Positions 1 to 8,797 are shown, numbered from the stretch's first letter. The stretch is 32,000 nt of DNA from Mucisphaera calidilacus (GCF_007748075.1 NZ_CP036280.1:2580001-2612000), one strand, 5' to 3'. Notes: generated by a model from the sequence alone, not told the origin. Made by a program: numbers and translations.

Positions 1-1
1 G

Positions 2-499
2 GATTCGATTCAGGCGATGCAGAGCGGCACGGAGCACGCGGTGGAACGGATGGAATCCAGTCGTGATCGCGTCACTACGGGCGTGGAGCGAGCGGGCCGG
101 GCGGGCGCGAGTCTGGAATCGATCGTGGCGGGTTCCCAGCAGGTATCGTCGCTGGCGGAGAGCATCGCGTTGGCGAGTCAGGAGCAGTCGACTGCGGCCC
201 ATGATGTGACGCAGAGCGTGACGTCGATGTCGTCGGTCATCAAGGAATCTGCTGAGGGCTCGCGTCAGGCTTCGCAGGCGGTGACGCAGCTATCGATGAA
301 GGCGGAGCAGCTGGCGGCCCTGATCGTTCGGTACAATTTGAACGCTGTCGACCGACGTAGTGACTCGAATCCTGTTTCTTCGGATATCCGTGAGCAGCGT
401 CTTGACGTGCTCGAGCGTAGTCGTGCGTTGATCCAGCATGTCGGGCTTGATGAGGCTGAGGTTCTCAGCAAGGGTCGAGGGTCCTCGTCGGAGGGGTGA
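2..499 (+). CDS. Methyl-accepting chemotaxis protein, C-terminal fragment (5' end lies outside the window)
   Basis: The frame is open to the window edge. The translation ...SLAESIALASQEQSTAAHDVTQSVTSMSS...SAEGSRQASQAVTQLSMKAEQL matches the conserved MCP signalling-domain pattern. Codons end in G/T, as in other + strand genes here. Confidence 0.8.
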   Translation, partial: DSIQAMQSGTEHAVERMESSRDRVTTGVERAGRAGASLESIVAGSQQVSSLAESIALASQEQSTAAHDVTQSVTSMSSVIKESAEGSRQASQAVTQLSMKAEQLAALIVRYNLNAVDRRSDSNPVSSDIREQRLDVLERSRALIQHVGLDEAEVLSKGRGSSSEG

Positions 500-560
500 G
501 GTGCCGCTTTCATGATCCGGGAAGGGCTGCGGGCGTAGTGGTGCTGGTCCTCGCTAGACT

Positions 561-1214
561 GTGGGGATGGGATGTATTGCGGTTCAATGGGATGTGGCGG
601 GGCGGAACTGTCTGGTGGTGGGTGCGGGCCGGACGGGTCGGCGTCGTGCGGGGGTGTTGTGCCGAGCGGGGGCGCGGGTGACGGTGGTGGCGCCGGACGC
701 GGACGAGGTGGATTTTCCGGCGGGTGTGGTGCTTGAGCGTCGCGAGGCGGTGGCGGGTGACCTGGTGGGGCGGGACCTTGTGGTGCTTGCGACGGATGAT
801 GCGGAGGTCCAGGCGTCGCTGAGCAAGAAGGCGGCTGAGTTCGGGGTGCTGGTGAATCGGGTGGATGACGGTGAGTCGGGCGACATCACGTTTCTGGCGA
901 CGCGGAGCGCGGGCGTGCTGACGGTGGCGGTGAGCACGGGAGGTGCTTCGGCGGCGGCGTCGGGCGTGATCGCGGAGGAGGCGTTGTCGGCGGTGGCGGG
1001 CGAGTGGGGAGGTTTGCTGGCGTTGGTGGCGGGGGAGCGGGCGCGGATTCAGTCGTCGATGGAGGCGGGTGCGGCTAGGGAGTCGCTGCTGCGTCGTCTG
1101 GTGGACGAGCGGTCGCGTGCGGCGGCGCGGTCGGGTGAGGCGGCGTTGCGTGCGCACTGGCGCGGGTTGTGGGAGGCGTCGATCGCGGGGCGTGACGGCG
1201 AGGTGTCGGCATGA
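561..1214 (+). CDS. Precorrin-2 dehydrogenase / sirohydrochlorin ferrochelatase (SirC / CysG N-terminal / Met8 family)
   Basis: It has an N-terminal Rossmann motif, RNCLVVGAGRTGRRRAGVLCRAGARVTVVAP, followed by VLVNRVDDGESGDITFLA, and sits in a cluster with hemA. The start is GTG 561 or ATG 567. Its stop overlaps the next start (ATGA at 1211-1214). Confidence 0.7.
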   Translation: MGMGCIAVQWDVAGRNCLVVGAGRTGRRRAGVLCRAGARVTVVAPDADEVDFPAGVVLERREAVAGDLVGRDLVVLATDDAEVQASLSKKAAEFGVLVNRVDDGESGDITFLATRSAGVLTVAVSTGGASAAASGVIAEEALSAVAGEWGGLLALVAGERARIQSSMEAGAARESLLRRLVDERSRAAARSGEAALRAHWRGLWEASIAGRDGEVSA

Positions 1215-2074
1215 GTCTGGGCGTGATCGCGGTGATCGTGGCGTTTCTGGCTTTTCTGGCGGGGGTGACGTGGGTGCTGGAGCTGCGGCTGGCGCTGGGT
1301 CGCGAATCGGCGCGGGTGGTGGTGGACGTGCTGGGCTGGGTGACGGTGTTGCTGACGGGCGTGGTGGCGTTGGTGCGTTGGCTGGGCGGACCGGACTGGC
1401 AGCCGTTTCACAGTCACCTGGACGCTTTGTTGTTGATGGTGGTTCTGCTGGGCGCTGCGTTGGTGTACCTGCAGATGCAGGCGCGTTCGCGTCGGGTGGG
1501 TCTGATCGGTTGGCCTGTGGTTTCGTTTCTGCTGGCGTGGGCGGTGTGCGCGTCGTTGTGGACGTACCGGCCGTTTCGTCTGGACACGATGGAGCCGGTG
1601 TGGCACGCGGTGCACCTGGCGGGTGTTTACGTGGGGACGCTGTTCGCGGTGCTGGCCGCGATCGGCGGGGTGTTGTACCTGCTGGTGTATCGGGGGTTGA
1701 AGCAGCACACGGTGACGGGTCCGCGTTGGGGTCTGCCGAGTCTGGCGTGGACGGAGTCGGCGGTGGTGTGGATGACGACGCTGGGTTTCGTGATGCTGAG
1801 TGTGGGTCTGGTGTCGGGCGTGGTGATCGTGACGGCGGAGCCGGGTCGTCTGGGCGAGGACTGGTGGTGGTCGCCGAAGGTCTTGCTGGCGGCGGGTGCG
1901 TGGCTGGCGTTCGCGGTGGCGATGAATGTTCGGCGTTTGAGTCTGCTGCGGGGCTCGCGTGCGGCGTGGCTGGCGATTGTGGGTTTGCTGCTGTTGATCG
2001 TGGTGCACGGGTTGGTGACGGCGTGGCCTGAGCCCGAGGCGGGGATGGGCGTGACCGAGGAGGTCGTGCCATGA
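1211..2074 (+). CDS. Cytochrome c assembly protein family membrane protein (HemX/CcsA-like)
   Basis: It is a polytopic membrane protein of about 8 hydrophobic segments with a degenerate Trp-rich motif, GEDWWWSPKVLLAAGAW, reminiscent of the CcsA/HemX WWD region. It lies immediately upstream of hemA, and HemX is hemA-adjacent in the Bacillus hemAXCDBL operon. ATGA overlaps occur at both ends. Confidence 0.6.
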   Translation: MSLGVIAVIVAFLAFLAGVTWVLELRLALGRESARVVVDVLGWVTVLLTGVVALVRWLGGPDWQPFHSHLDALLLMVVLLGAALVYLQMQARSRRVGLIGWPVVSFLLAWAVCASLWTYRPFRLDTMEPVWHAVHLAGVYVGTLFAVLAAIGGVLYLLVYRGLKQHTVTGPRWGLPSLAWTESAVVWMTTLGFVMLSVGLVSGVVIVTAEPGRLGEDWWWSPKVLLAAGAWLAFAVAMNVRRLSLLRGSRAAWLAIVGLLLLIVVHGLVTAWPEPEAGMGVTEEVVP

Positions 2075-3357
2075 GCGTGGGTCTGATCGCGCTGGACTAT
2101 CGCCAGGCGGGTGTTGACCGCAGGGAGGCGATTGCGCGTCGGATCGTTCGTGAGCCGGAGGCTTTGGCGCGGCTGCGTGAGGCGGCGGGCTTGTCGGAGT
2201 GTGTTCTGATCTCGACGTGCAACCGGGTGGAGATTTACTGGGCGGGCGGAGCGGGCGTGCAGCCGGAGGCGGTGTCGGCGTGGCTGGAGCCTGAGGGCGT
2301 GGCGTCGGCGTGGGCTTATCTTCACGGCCGCGAGGCGATCGAGCATCTGATGCGGGTGGCGGCGGGGCTGGAGTCGATGGTGCTGGGCGAGCCTCAGATC
2401 CTGGGTCAGGTACGTTGTTCGTATCACGATGCGCAGGAGGCGGGGAGTGTGGGTCCGGCGCTGCACGCGGTGTTCCAGCGTGCGTTGGCGGTGGGGAAGG
2501 CGGTTCGTCAGCAGACGGGGATCAGCGAGGGGCGGACGTCGGTGGCGAGCATCGCGATCGAGCACGTGCGTGCGGTGTTTGATGGTTTCGCGGGCAAGAC
2601 GATTCTGAGCGTGGGTGCGGGTCATATGTGCAAGGCGATGCTGCGGTCGCTGGAGGGCGATCGTCCGAAGCGGGTGTTGATCGCGAATCGTTCGGTGGAG
2701 CGTGCTCGGGGGCTGGCCTCGTCGCTGGGCGGCGACGCGGACGTGTGCGTGTGGGATGACGTGGGTTCGGCGTTGTCGGCGGCGGACGTGGTGCTGTGCG
2801 GGACGGGTTCGACGGATCCGGTGGTGACGGTGGATCTGTGTCGAGCGGCGATGGCGGATCGTCGCCAGGAGCCGCAGGTGATCGTGGATGTTGCGGTGCC
2901 GCGGGACGTGGAGCCTGAGGTGGGCGGTTTGGCGAATGTGTTTCTGGTCAACGTGGATCAGTTGCAGACGATGGCGTCGGCGACGCTTGACCGTCGTGCG
3001 GACGCGGTGTGTGACTGCGAGGGGTTGATCGGGACGGAGGTGGATCAGCTGGTGCAGTCGATGAGTCGTCAGGAGGCGGGTCACGTGATTCGTCGTCTGC
3101 GTCGTCGGGTGCAGGCGATCGCGGAGCAGGAGATGGAGCGGACGCGTCAGCGTGTGTCGACGAGTCTGGACGGTCAGTCGGACGAGGCGGCGTCGATTGT
3201 GGAGGAGCACACGCGTCGGTTGCTGAACAAGATTTTGCACCTGCCGGTGTCTCGTCTGGGGGTTTCGGATCGTGTTTCGCTGCTGGATCAGATCGAGGTT
3301 CTGGAGGACGCTTTCGGTCTGGACGTGTCTGAGGACAAGGATGGCGAGGCTGGTTAG
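2071..3357 (+). CDS. hemA: Glutamyl-tRNA reductase
   Basis: It carries the LISTCNRVEIY catalytic-Cys motif, LESMVLGEPQILGQV, and the NADPH Rossmann motif ILSVGAGHMCKAM. The length (428 aa) is typical. Confidence 0.95.
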   Translation: MSVGLIALDYRQAGVDRREAIARRIVREPEALARLREAAGLSECVLISTCNRVEIYWAGGAGVQPEAVSAWLEPEGVASAWAYLHGREAIEHLMRVAAGLESMVLGEPQILGQVRCSYHDAQEAGSVGPALHAVFQRALAVGKAVRQQTGISEGRTSVASIAIEHVRAVFDGFAGKTILSVGAGHMCKAMLRSLEGDRPKRVLIANRSVERARGLASSLGGDADVCVWDDVGSALSAADVVLCGTGSTDPVVTVDLCRAAMADRRQEPQVIVDVAVPRDVEPEVGGLANVFLVNVDQLQTMASATLDRRADAVCDCEGLIGTEVDQLVQSMSRQEAGHVIRRLRRRVQAIAEQEMERTRQRVSTSLDGQSDEAASIVEEHTRRLLNKILHLPVSRLGVSDRVSLLDQIEVLEDAFGLDVSEDKDGEAG

Positions 3358-3366
3358 AGTGCCGGA

Positions 3367-5466
3367 GTGTCTGAGGCCGTGGACAATTCGATGATGCGTG
3401 CCGCGGTCGGTCTGGCCGCGGTGACGGCGTTGAGTTCGTGGCTGGCGGTTCATCAGGGCGTGCTGCCGCTGGACGTGTGGGCGTCGGTGGATCAGGTGCG
3501 TGTGCTGGTGGTGTACGGTTTACCGGTGGCGGTGTTGTGGCTGGCTGCTTACGGCTTTGGTGCGGAGATGGTTCGGGGGCTGTACCCGTCGCGGGAGGGT
3601 CCGGCGGACGGGTTGAATGCTTCGGTGGCGGGGATGGGGCTGCTGCTGGTCGGTCACTGGGTGAACTCGATGCTGATCGGGTTGGCGGGTTGGATTGTGT
3701 GGCTGCTGGTGGGCCCGCTGGTGCTGGCGGGGGTGTGGCACTTGTGGCGGGCGCGGGGTGTGTTGAGGGCGTATCGGCCGGGGTTGAGTGTGTTGTTGCT
3801 GGGGTTGCCGCTGGGCGTGCTGCTGGCGGCGGCGTGTGCGCCGGCGGGGACGCTCTGGCGTGTGGAGGCTTATGGGTATGACGTGCTGTCGTATCACCTG
3901 CAGCTGCCTCGGGAATGGATGGCGACGGCGTATGTGCAGGGCTTCGAGCACAACGTGTACAGCTTTTTTCCGAGCCTGGTGGAGTCGGGCTACACGCTGA
4001 TCCCGATGCTTGCGGGGCGGGATGATGTTGCGACTTTGGTGTACAGCGGGCAGTTGCTGCACGCGAGTTTTGCGTTGGTGGCGGCGTTGTGCGTGGCGCG
4101 GCTGGTGGGTCGCGGCGGTGCGGACGCGGGCTGGGTGGCGGGCGCGGCGTTCCTGGCGGTGCCATGGGTGCTGGTGACCGGTTCGCTGGCGTACAACGAG
4201 ATGGCGGTGGTGGCGTTCGGGGCGTTGGCGCTGGATCGCGCGCTTCGGCCGGGGCGTGAGGCGTTGGTGGACGGATTGATGGTGGGCGGTCTGCTGGGGG
4301 TGGCGACGGTGTGCAAGCTGACGGCGGGGCCGATGGTGGGTGTTCCGGTGGCGGTGATCGGGGTGGTTCGGTGGTGGCGGCTGGGTCGGTCGGCGGAGGA
4401 TTTGAAGACGTTTGGTTTGTGCGTGGTGGTGGCGGGTGGTTTGGTGCTGGTGCCTTACTTCTGGCGGAACGCGTCGGCGACGGGGAACCCGGTGTTTCCG
4501 TTTGCGGCGGAGGTTCTGGGTTCGGGTCACTGGGGTGAGGCGGAGGTGGAGCGTTGGGATCGGGCGCACATGGCGTCGGCTTCGGAGGGGTCGGTGGTGG
4601 CGGCTCTGGACCGTCAGTTGCTACGGAACACGGGGTTTGGTGCGGCGGGTGGTTGGCCGGTCCCGGTGGAGACGCAGAACATTGCGCGGTTCGATCGCGA
4701 GGGGGGATTCCCGCTGGTGTGGCCGTTGGTGCTGCTGGGTTTGGTGGTGGGGCTTGTTCGTCGTGAGGATCGTCTGGTGGCGGGGTCGATGGCGGGGATG
4801 GTGTTGTGGCAGTTGTTGTTCTGGGGCGTGACGACGCATCACCAGAGTCGTTTTCTGATCCCGTTGTTGCTGCCCGGGATGGTGCTGGCGGGCCTGGTGC
4901 TTCGCTGGGTCTCGACGATGTCGGCTCGTGCGGTCGTGGTGGCGGGCGCGGTGTGGGTGATGTCGTTGTGGCTGGTGGGGATGACGGCGTTGTGGGAGCA
5001 GTCGGTGCCGGTGCGTCCCGAGGGTGCGCGGGAGGCGTTCCCGGCGCCGCTGGCGTGGGTGCTCGGTTCGCTGGAGCGTGGGGCGTTGGCGGATCACCCG
5101 ATCAACGCGTTGCCCGAGGGGTGTCGGGTGTACCTGGTGGCGGATGCTTCGCGGCTGCTTTATCTGGAGGGGGCGTTTGTTTACGAGAGTGCGTTTGATC
5201 GTTCGTCGATGGGGGATTGGGTGCGGATCGCGCGGGGTGACGGTCCGGCGTTGGATCAGGTGCTGCGGAACGTGGAGGTGACGCACCTGTGGGTGCACTG
5301 GGGTGAGTTGGCGCGTCTGCACGGCACGTATGGGTACGATCCGGACGTGACGGAGTCGGAGCTGCGGGCGATGACATCGGGTTGGCCGGTGGTGGCGGAC
5401 GTGGGTGCCGCGACGCTTTACCGGGTTCCGGAGGCGGTGGTTGATGAGACACAGGAGATGCCATGA
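3367..5466 (+). CDS. Large polytopic membrane protein with a C-terminal soluble domain (possibly a GT-C-type glycosyltransferase; function uncertain)
   Basis: The 699-aa ORF has coding-like G/T-ending codons and more than 10 hydrophobic helices, followed by a soluble tail of about 170 aa. The start is GTG 3367 or ATG 3391. Its stop overlaps the nfo start (ATGA at 5463). I saw no diagnostic catalytic motif, so the family assignment is a guess. Confidence 0.6.
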   Translation: MSEAVDNSMMRAAVGLAAVTALSSWLAVHQGVLPLDVWASVDQVRVLVVYGLPVAVLWLAAYGFGAEMVRGLYPSREGPADGLNASVAGMGLLLVGHWVNSMLIGLAGWIVWLLVGPLVLAGVWHLWRARGVLRAYRPGLSVLLLGLPLGVLLAAACAPAGTLWRVEAYGYDVLSYHLQLPREWMATAYVQGFEHNVYSFFPSLVESGYTLIPMLAGRDDVATLVYSGQLLHASFALVAALCVARLVGRGGADAGWVAGAAFLAVPWVLVTGSLAYNEMAVVAFGALALDRALRPGREALVDGLMVGGLLGVATVCKLTAGPMVGVPVAVIGVVRWWRLGRSAEDLKTFGLCVVVAGGLVLVPYFWRNASATGNPVFPFAAEVLGSGHWGEAEVERWDRAHMASASEGSVVAALDRQLLRNTGFGAAGGWPVPVETQNIARFDREGGFPLVWPLVLLGLVVGLVRREDRLVAGSMAGMVLWQLLFWGVTTHHQSRFLIPLLLPGMVLAGLVLRWVSTMSARAVVVAGAVWVMSLWLVGMTALWEQSVPVRPEGAREAFPAPLAWVLGSLERGALADHPINALPEGCRVYLVADASRLLYLEGAFVYESAFDRSSMGDWVRIARGDGPALDQVLRNVEVTHLWVHWGELARLHGTYGYDPDVTESELRAMTSGWPVVADVGAATLYRVPEAVVDETQEMP

Positions 5467-6353
5467 AGACTCTGTTCGGCAGTCACCTTTCGATCGCGGG
5501 GGGTATGGAGAAGGCGGCGCACGAGGCGGAGGAACTGGGGATGGGGTGCGTGCAGGTGTTCACGAAGAATCAGCGTCAGTGGAAGGCGCCGGCGCTGAAG
5601 GACGAGACGGTGGAGCGTTGGTGTGAGGCGGTGCGGGCGACGAAGCTCAAGACGACGGTGAGTCATGACAGTTATCTGATCAACCTGGCGTCGAAGGACG
5701 CGGAGACGCGGAAGAAGTCGTTGGCGTTGCTGGAGGTGGAGATCGCGAACTGTGATGCGCTCGGGATCCCGTGGCTGGTGATGCACCCGGGGGCGCATCT
5801 CGGGGACGGCGAGGCGGTGGGGATCGATCGGATTGTGGCGGGGCTGGACCGCGTGCACGAGGCGTTGCCTGATGCGCAGACGGTGACGTGTCTGGAGGTG
5901 ACGGCGGGTCAGGGGACGAACCTGGGTTATCGGTTGGAGCACCTGTCGGCGATCATCGACAAGGTGGCATTGCCCGAGCGTCTGGCGGTGTGTCTGGACA
6001 CGGCGCACCTGATCGCGGCGGGTTATGACCTGACGTCGGGGGAGGGGGCGGAGGGTGTGGTGCAGGAGGTGGGGGCGGTGCTGGGTTTTGATCGTGTGCG
6101 TGTGATGCACATCAACGACTCGAAGGTGGAGCGTGGCAAGCGTGTGGATCGTCACGAGCACATCGGGTACGGGACGGTGTCGCCTGAGGCGTTCAGCGTG
6201 CTGTTGAATCACAAGAAGCTCGGGCGTCTGCCTCTGATTCTGGAGACGCCCAAGGCGGAGGCTCCGGACGGTCGTGCGTGGGACCTGGTGAACATGGAGT
6301 CGCTGGTGCAGATGCGTGACGACGTGTCGGGCTGGAAAAAACTTGACGGGTAG
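5463..6353 (+). CDS. nfo: Deoxyribonuclease IV (endonuclease IV, AP endonuclease)
   Basis: The motifs are FGSHLSIAGG, VQVFTKNQRQW, SHDSYLINLAS, VMHPGAH, CLDTAHL and HINDSK..G.RVDRHEHIGYG, which form the Endo IV TIM-barrel metal-ligand pattern. Confidence 0.93.
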   Translation: MKTLFGSHLSIAGGMEKAAHEAEELGMGCVQVFTKNQRQWKAPALKDETVERWCEAVRATKLKTTVSHDSYLINLASKDAETRKKSLALLEVEIANCDALGIPWLVMHPGAHLGDGEAVGIDRIVAGLDRVHEALPDAQTVTCLEVTAGQGTNLGYRLEHLSAIIDKVALPERLAVCLDTAHLIAAGYDLTSGEGAEGVVQEVGAVLGFDRVRVMHINDSKVERGKRVDRHEHIGYGTVSPEAFSVLLNHKKLGRLPLILETPKAEAPDGRAWDLVNMESLVQMRDDVSGWKKLDG

Positions 6354-6538
6354 GCGTATCGGGGTCATGTTTAAAGTGGTTCAGAGGGCACTGGACCTTG
6401 TGAAAGGAGGCCGTTCGACAGGTGAAAACGTTTCGACAGCATGGGCCGGCGTGCAAAACCGTTTGATTTCGTTATTTTCCTTTCTATTCATCCCGCACGT
6501 TCGGCCTTTTTTATGCGCCGACCTTTCTGGACGGACGC

Positions 6539-7174
6539 ATGATGCACGATGAGCAACTCCGGATTCTGGATCACCCGCTGGCGGATGACGCATTGCGTCT
6601 GATGCGTGACGAGACGACGGGGCCGGCGGCGTTCCGCGGGGCGTTGGAGCGCATGACGACCTTGTTGTGTGTGGCGGCGTTGGAGGATGCGCCGCGTCAG
6701 GCGATGCTGGTGCGCACGCCTCTGGAGGAGACGGCGGCGGCGACGCTCGGGGGTCGGGTGCTGATTGCGCCGGTGCTGCGAGCGGGTCTGGGGATGGTGG
6801 ATCCGATGCTTCGGCTGGTGCCGGACGCGGTGGTGGGCTGTCTGGGTTTTTACCGCAACGAGCAGTCGCTTCAGCCGGTGGCTTATTACGAGAAGCTGCC
6901 GGAGGCGGGCGAGGATTACACGACGCTGGTGGTGGACCCGATGCTGGCGACGGGTGGGACGTCGGTGGCGGCGCTGGACCTGCTCAAGGAGCGTGGTTTT
7001 CCGAGCCCGAAGCTGTTGTGCGTGATCGCGGCGCCGGAGGGCGTGATGGCGGTGCGGTCGGTGCACCCGGACGTGGCGATCGTGGCGGGTGCGCTGGATC
7101 GTGAGTTGAATGAGCGGGGTTACATTCTGCCGGGGCTGGGCGATGCGGGCGACCGCCAGCTGGGGACGTTGTGA
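6539..7174 (+). CDS. upp: Uracil phosphoribosyltransferase
   Basis: It has APVLRAGLGM, the PRPP-binding loop LVVDPMLATGGT, and the C-terminal YILPGLGDAGDR motif. The length is 211 aa. Confidence 0.93.
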   Translation: MMHDEQLRILDHPLADDALRLMRDETTGPAAFRGALERMTTLLCVAALEDAPRQAMLVRTPLEETAAATLGGRVLIAPVLRAGLGMVDPMLRLVPDAVVGCLGFYRNEQSLQPVAYYEKLPEAGEDYTTLVVDPMLATGGTSVAALDLLKERGFPSPKLLCVIAAPEGVMAVRSVHPDVAIVAGALDRELNERGYILPGLGDAGDRQLGTL

Positions 7175-7696
7175 TCAGCGCAGGTGGTCGAGGATCTGCT
7201 GGATGACCTGGGGGATGGGTGTGGTGGCGACGTCGATGGTGAGGTCGGCGCAGCGCTGGTAGATGGGGATGCGTGGGGTGAGGACGCGTGCGACCTCGTC
7301 GGCGGCGGAGGCCTGTCCGGTGAGGCTGGGCCGGTCGGCGCCGGGGCCGGCGTCGGTGTCGATGCGTTGGGCGAGGACGTGGGCGGGTGCGCTGAGGTAG
7401 ACGCAGAGTCCGGGCCAGTCTTCGAGGGCTTGTGTGACGCGTGGCTGGACGGGGGTTCCGCCGCCGAAGGCTGCGACGAAGTTGGTTCGTTTGAGGACGT
7501 CGAGGGCGATGTCGGTTTCGGCGGCGCGGAAGGCGGGTTCGCCATGGTTGGCGAAGATGGTGGAGATGGGGTCGCCCTGGAAGTGTGCGCGGACGAGGTC
7601 GTCGGTGTCGATGAAGGGCCGTTCGAGGTCGTGGGCGAGGCGTTTGCCGACGCTTGACTTGCCTGAGGCGCGGTAGCCGATGAGTACGATGTCCAT
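7175..7696 (-). CDS. aroK: Shikimate kinase
   Basis: It has the P-loop IVLIGYRASGKSSVGKRLA, then FIDTDD, GEPAFRAAE and AFGGG. The length is 173 aa. Codons end in C/A, as in other - strand genes. Confidence 0.9.
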   Translation of the reverse strand: MDIVLIGYRASGKSSVGKRLAHDLERPFIDTDDLVRAHFQGDPISTIFANHGEPAFRAAETDIALDVLKRTNFVAAFGGGTPVQPRVTQALEDWPGLCVYLSAPAHVLAQRIDTDAGPGADRPSLTGQASAADEVARVLTPRIPIYQRCADLTIDVATTPIPQVIQQILDHLR

Positions 7697-7739
7697 GGCG
7701 GCGATTGTACGGGAGCGTGAGGACGGCTAGGGTGCGCGG

Positions 7740-8141
7740 ATGGATCGTAAGCGTCAGCTTGAGCAGTTGCGGTTGAGGCGGACGTCGGAGCGTCTGCGTC
7801 GGCGCGAGGCGGACTTGTCACTCGGGTTCATGGCGAAGCAGTTCAAGGCGGAGGTGGAGCGTCCGTGGAAGAAGGTGGAGGCGGCGACGGACGTGTGGAT
7901 GGCGTTGCTGCCGTCGTCGATCGCGGAGCGGACACGGCTGCAGGGCCTGGATCGTGGCGTGCTGCGTGTGGGTGTGTCGGACTCGGCGACGCTTTATGAG
8001 CTGGACCGGTTGTTGCGGGGCGGGGTTCAGCGTGAGCTTCAGCGTCGGGTGAAGGGTGGTGTGGTGAGTATCCGAAAGATTCGTCTGAGCCTGGACCCGC
8101 TGGCGTCGCGTCACGACGACGAGCCGGAGATGGGAGCCTGA
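7740..8141 (+). CDS. DUF721 (DciA-like) domain protein
   Basis: W..LLP..IAERTRL.GLDRGVLRVGVSDSATLYELDRLL....RELQ matches the DUF721 pattern (the target is 'region.. L.v.v.s..w..eL'). Its stop overlaps the next start by 1 nt (TGATG at 8139-8143). Confidence 0.6.
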   Translation: MDRKRQLEQLRLRRTSERLRRREADLSLGFMAKQFKAEVERPWKKVEAATDVWMALLPSSIAERTRLQGLDRGVLRVGVSDSATLYELDRLLRGGVQRELQRRVKGGVVSIRKIRLSLDPLASRHDDEPEMGA

Positions 8142-8797
8142 TGGTGCGTGTGTGGCTGCTGGTTGTGGTGCTGGTGTTGGGTGGGGGTTGTGCGTCGCGT
8201 CGTGATGCGGGGCCGGTGGATCCTGCGGAGCGGGTGGACGTGGCTGCGGTGGTGATGCGGAGCGATCCGGGCGCGACGTTTGTGCTGGACCCGTCGCGTG
8301 GCGGTGTGGAGCGGATCACGCGTCGTGTGGAGGAGGTCGAGGAGGGTCTGATCGAGGTTGACCTGGGCGCGGTGGGTTACGAGGTGTGGCGGCGTGGCGA
8401 GGGTGGTTGGCGGATGACGTCGCAGGTGGATCGGATCGATGGCGTTCGGCTGGCGTACGAGCCGGGGATGCCGCTGCGTCCGGACCGGCTGGCGCCGGGT
8501 GAGGCGTGGGAGGGGAGCGGGTCGGTGCGGATTGTTGAGTTGAAGGATGGTTCGCTGCGTGAGTCGGGTTCGTACCGGACACGGGTTCTGGTGGAGGTGA
8601 CGGCGTCGGGGTTGCGTCTGCACGAGCGTCGGCGGCTGGATCTTCGTCTGGCGGAGGTGACGGTGGAGACGCGTTGGGATTTTGACGGTCGTGCGGGTCT
8701 TGTGGATCAGGACAGCGCGATCACGACGCACGTGCTGGGGCTGTTTCCGACGAGGGAGGACCGGCGGATTTATCGGTCGGGCCGGAATCAGGATTAA
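8141..8797 (+). CDS. Hypothetical lipoprotein
   Basis: The N-terminus MVRVWLLVVVLVLGGGC has a lipobox-like LGGGC. Codon bias is coding-like. I recognised no family. Confidence 0.6.
   Translation: MVRVWLLVVVLVLGGGCASRRDAGPVDPAERVDVAAVVMRSDPGATFVLDPSRGGVERITRRVEEVEEGLIEVDLGAVGYEVWRRGEGGWRMTSQVDRIDGVRLAYEPGMPLRPDRLAPGEAWEGSGSVRIVELKDGSLRESGSYRTRVLVEVTASGLRLHERRRLDLRLAEVTVETRWDFDGRAGLVDQDSAITTHVLGLFPTREDRRIYRSGRNQD

Noticed and set aside
510-2072. A 520-aa ORF on the - strand, extremely Pro/Arg/Thr/Ser/Ala-rich, antisense to the SirC-like and HemX-like genes. Similar ORFs lie at 1049-2008, 1627-3453, 2948-4165 and 3520-4569.
   Set aside because: These are shadow ORFs. The + strand is G/T-rich at every third position of the real genes, so the opposite strand has few stop codons and reads as CCN/CGN/ACN/CAC low-complexity sequence. 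They carry no motifs, whereas the sense-strand products have clear family signatures.
6367-6552. A 61-codon ORF (MFKVVQRALDLVKGG...) in the nfo-upp spacer, together with a loose resemblance of the hairpin loop region GGTTCAGAGGGCA (6378-90) to the PyrR-binding UCCAGAGAGG motif.
   Set aside because: The ORF lacks the G/T third-position bias of + strand genes and ends inside upp in another frame. The PyrR resemblance covers only a few nucleotides and I cannot verify it without a covariance model, so I mention it only as something to test.
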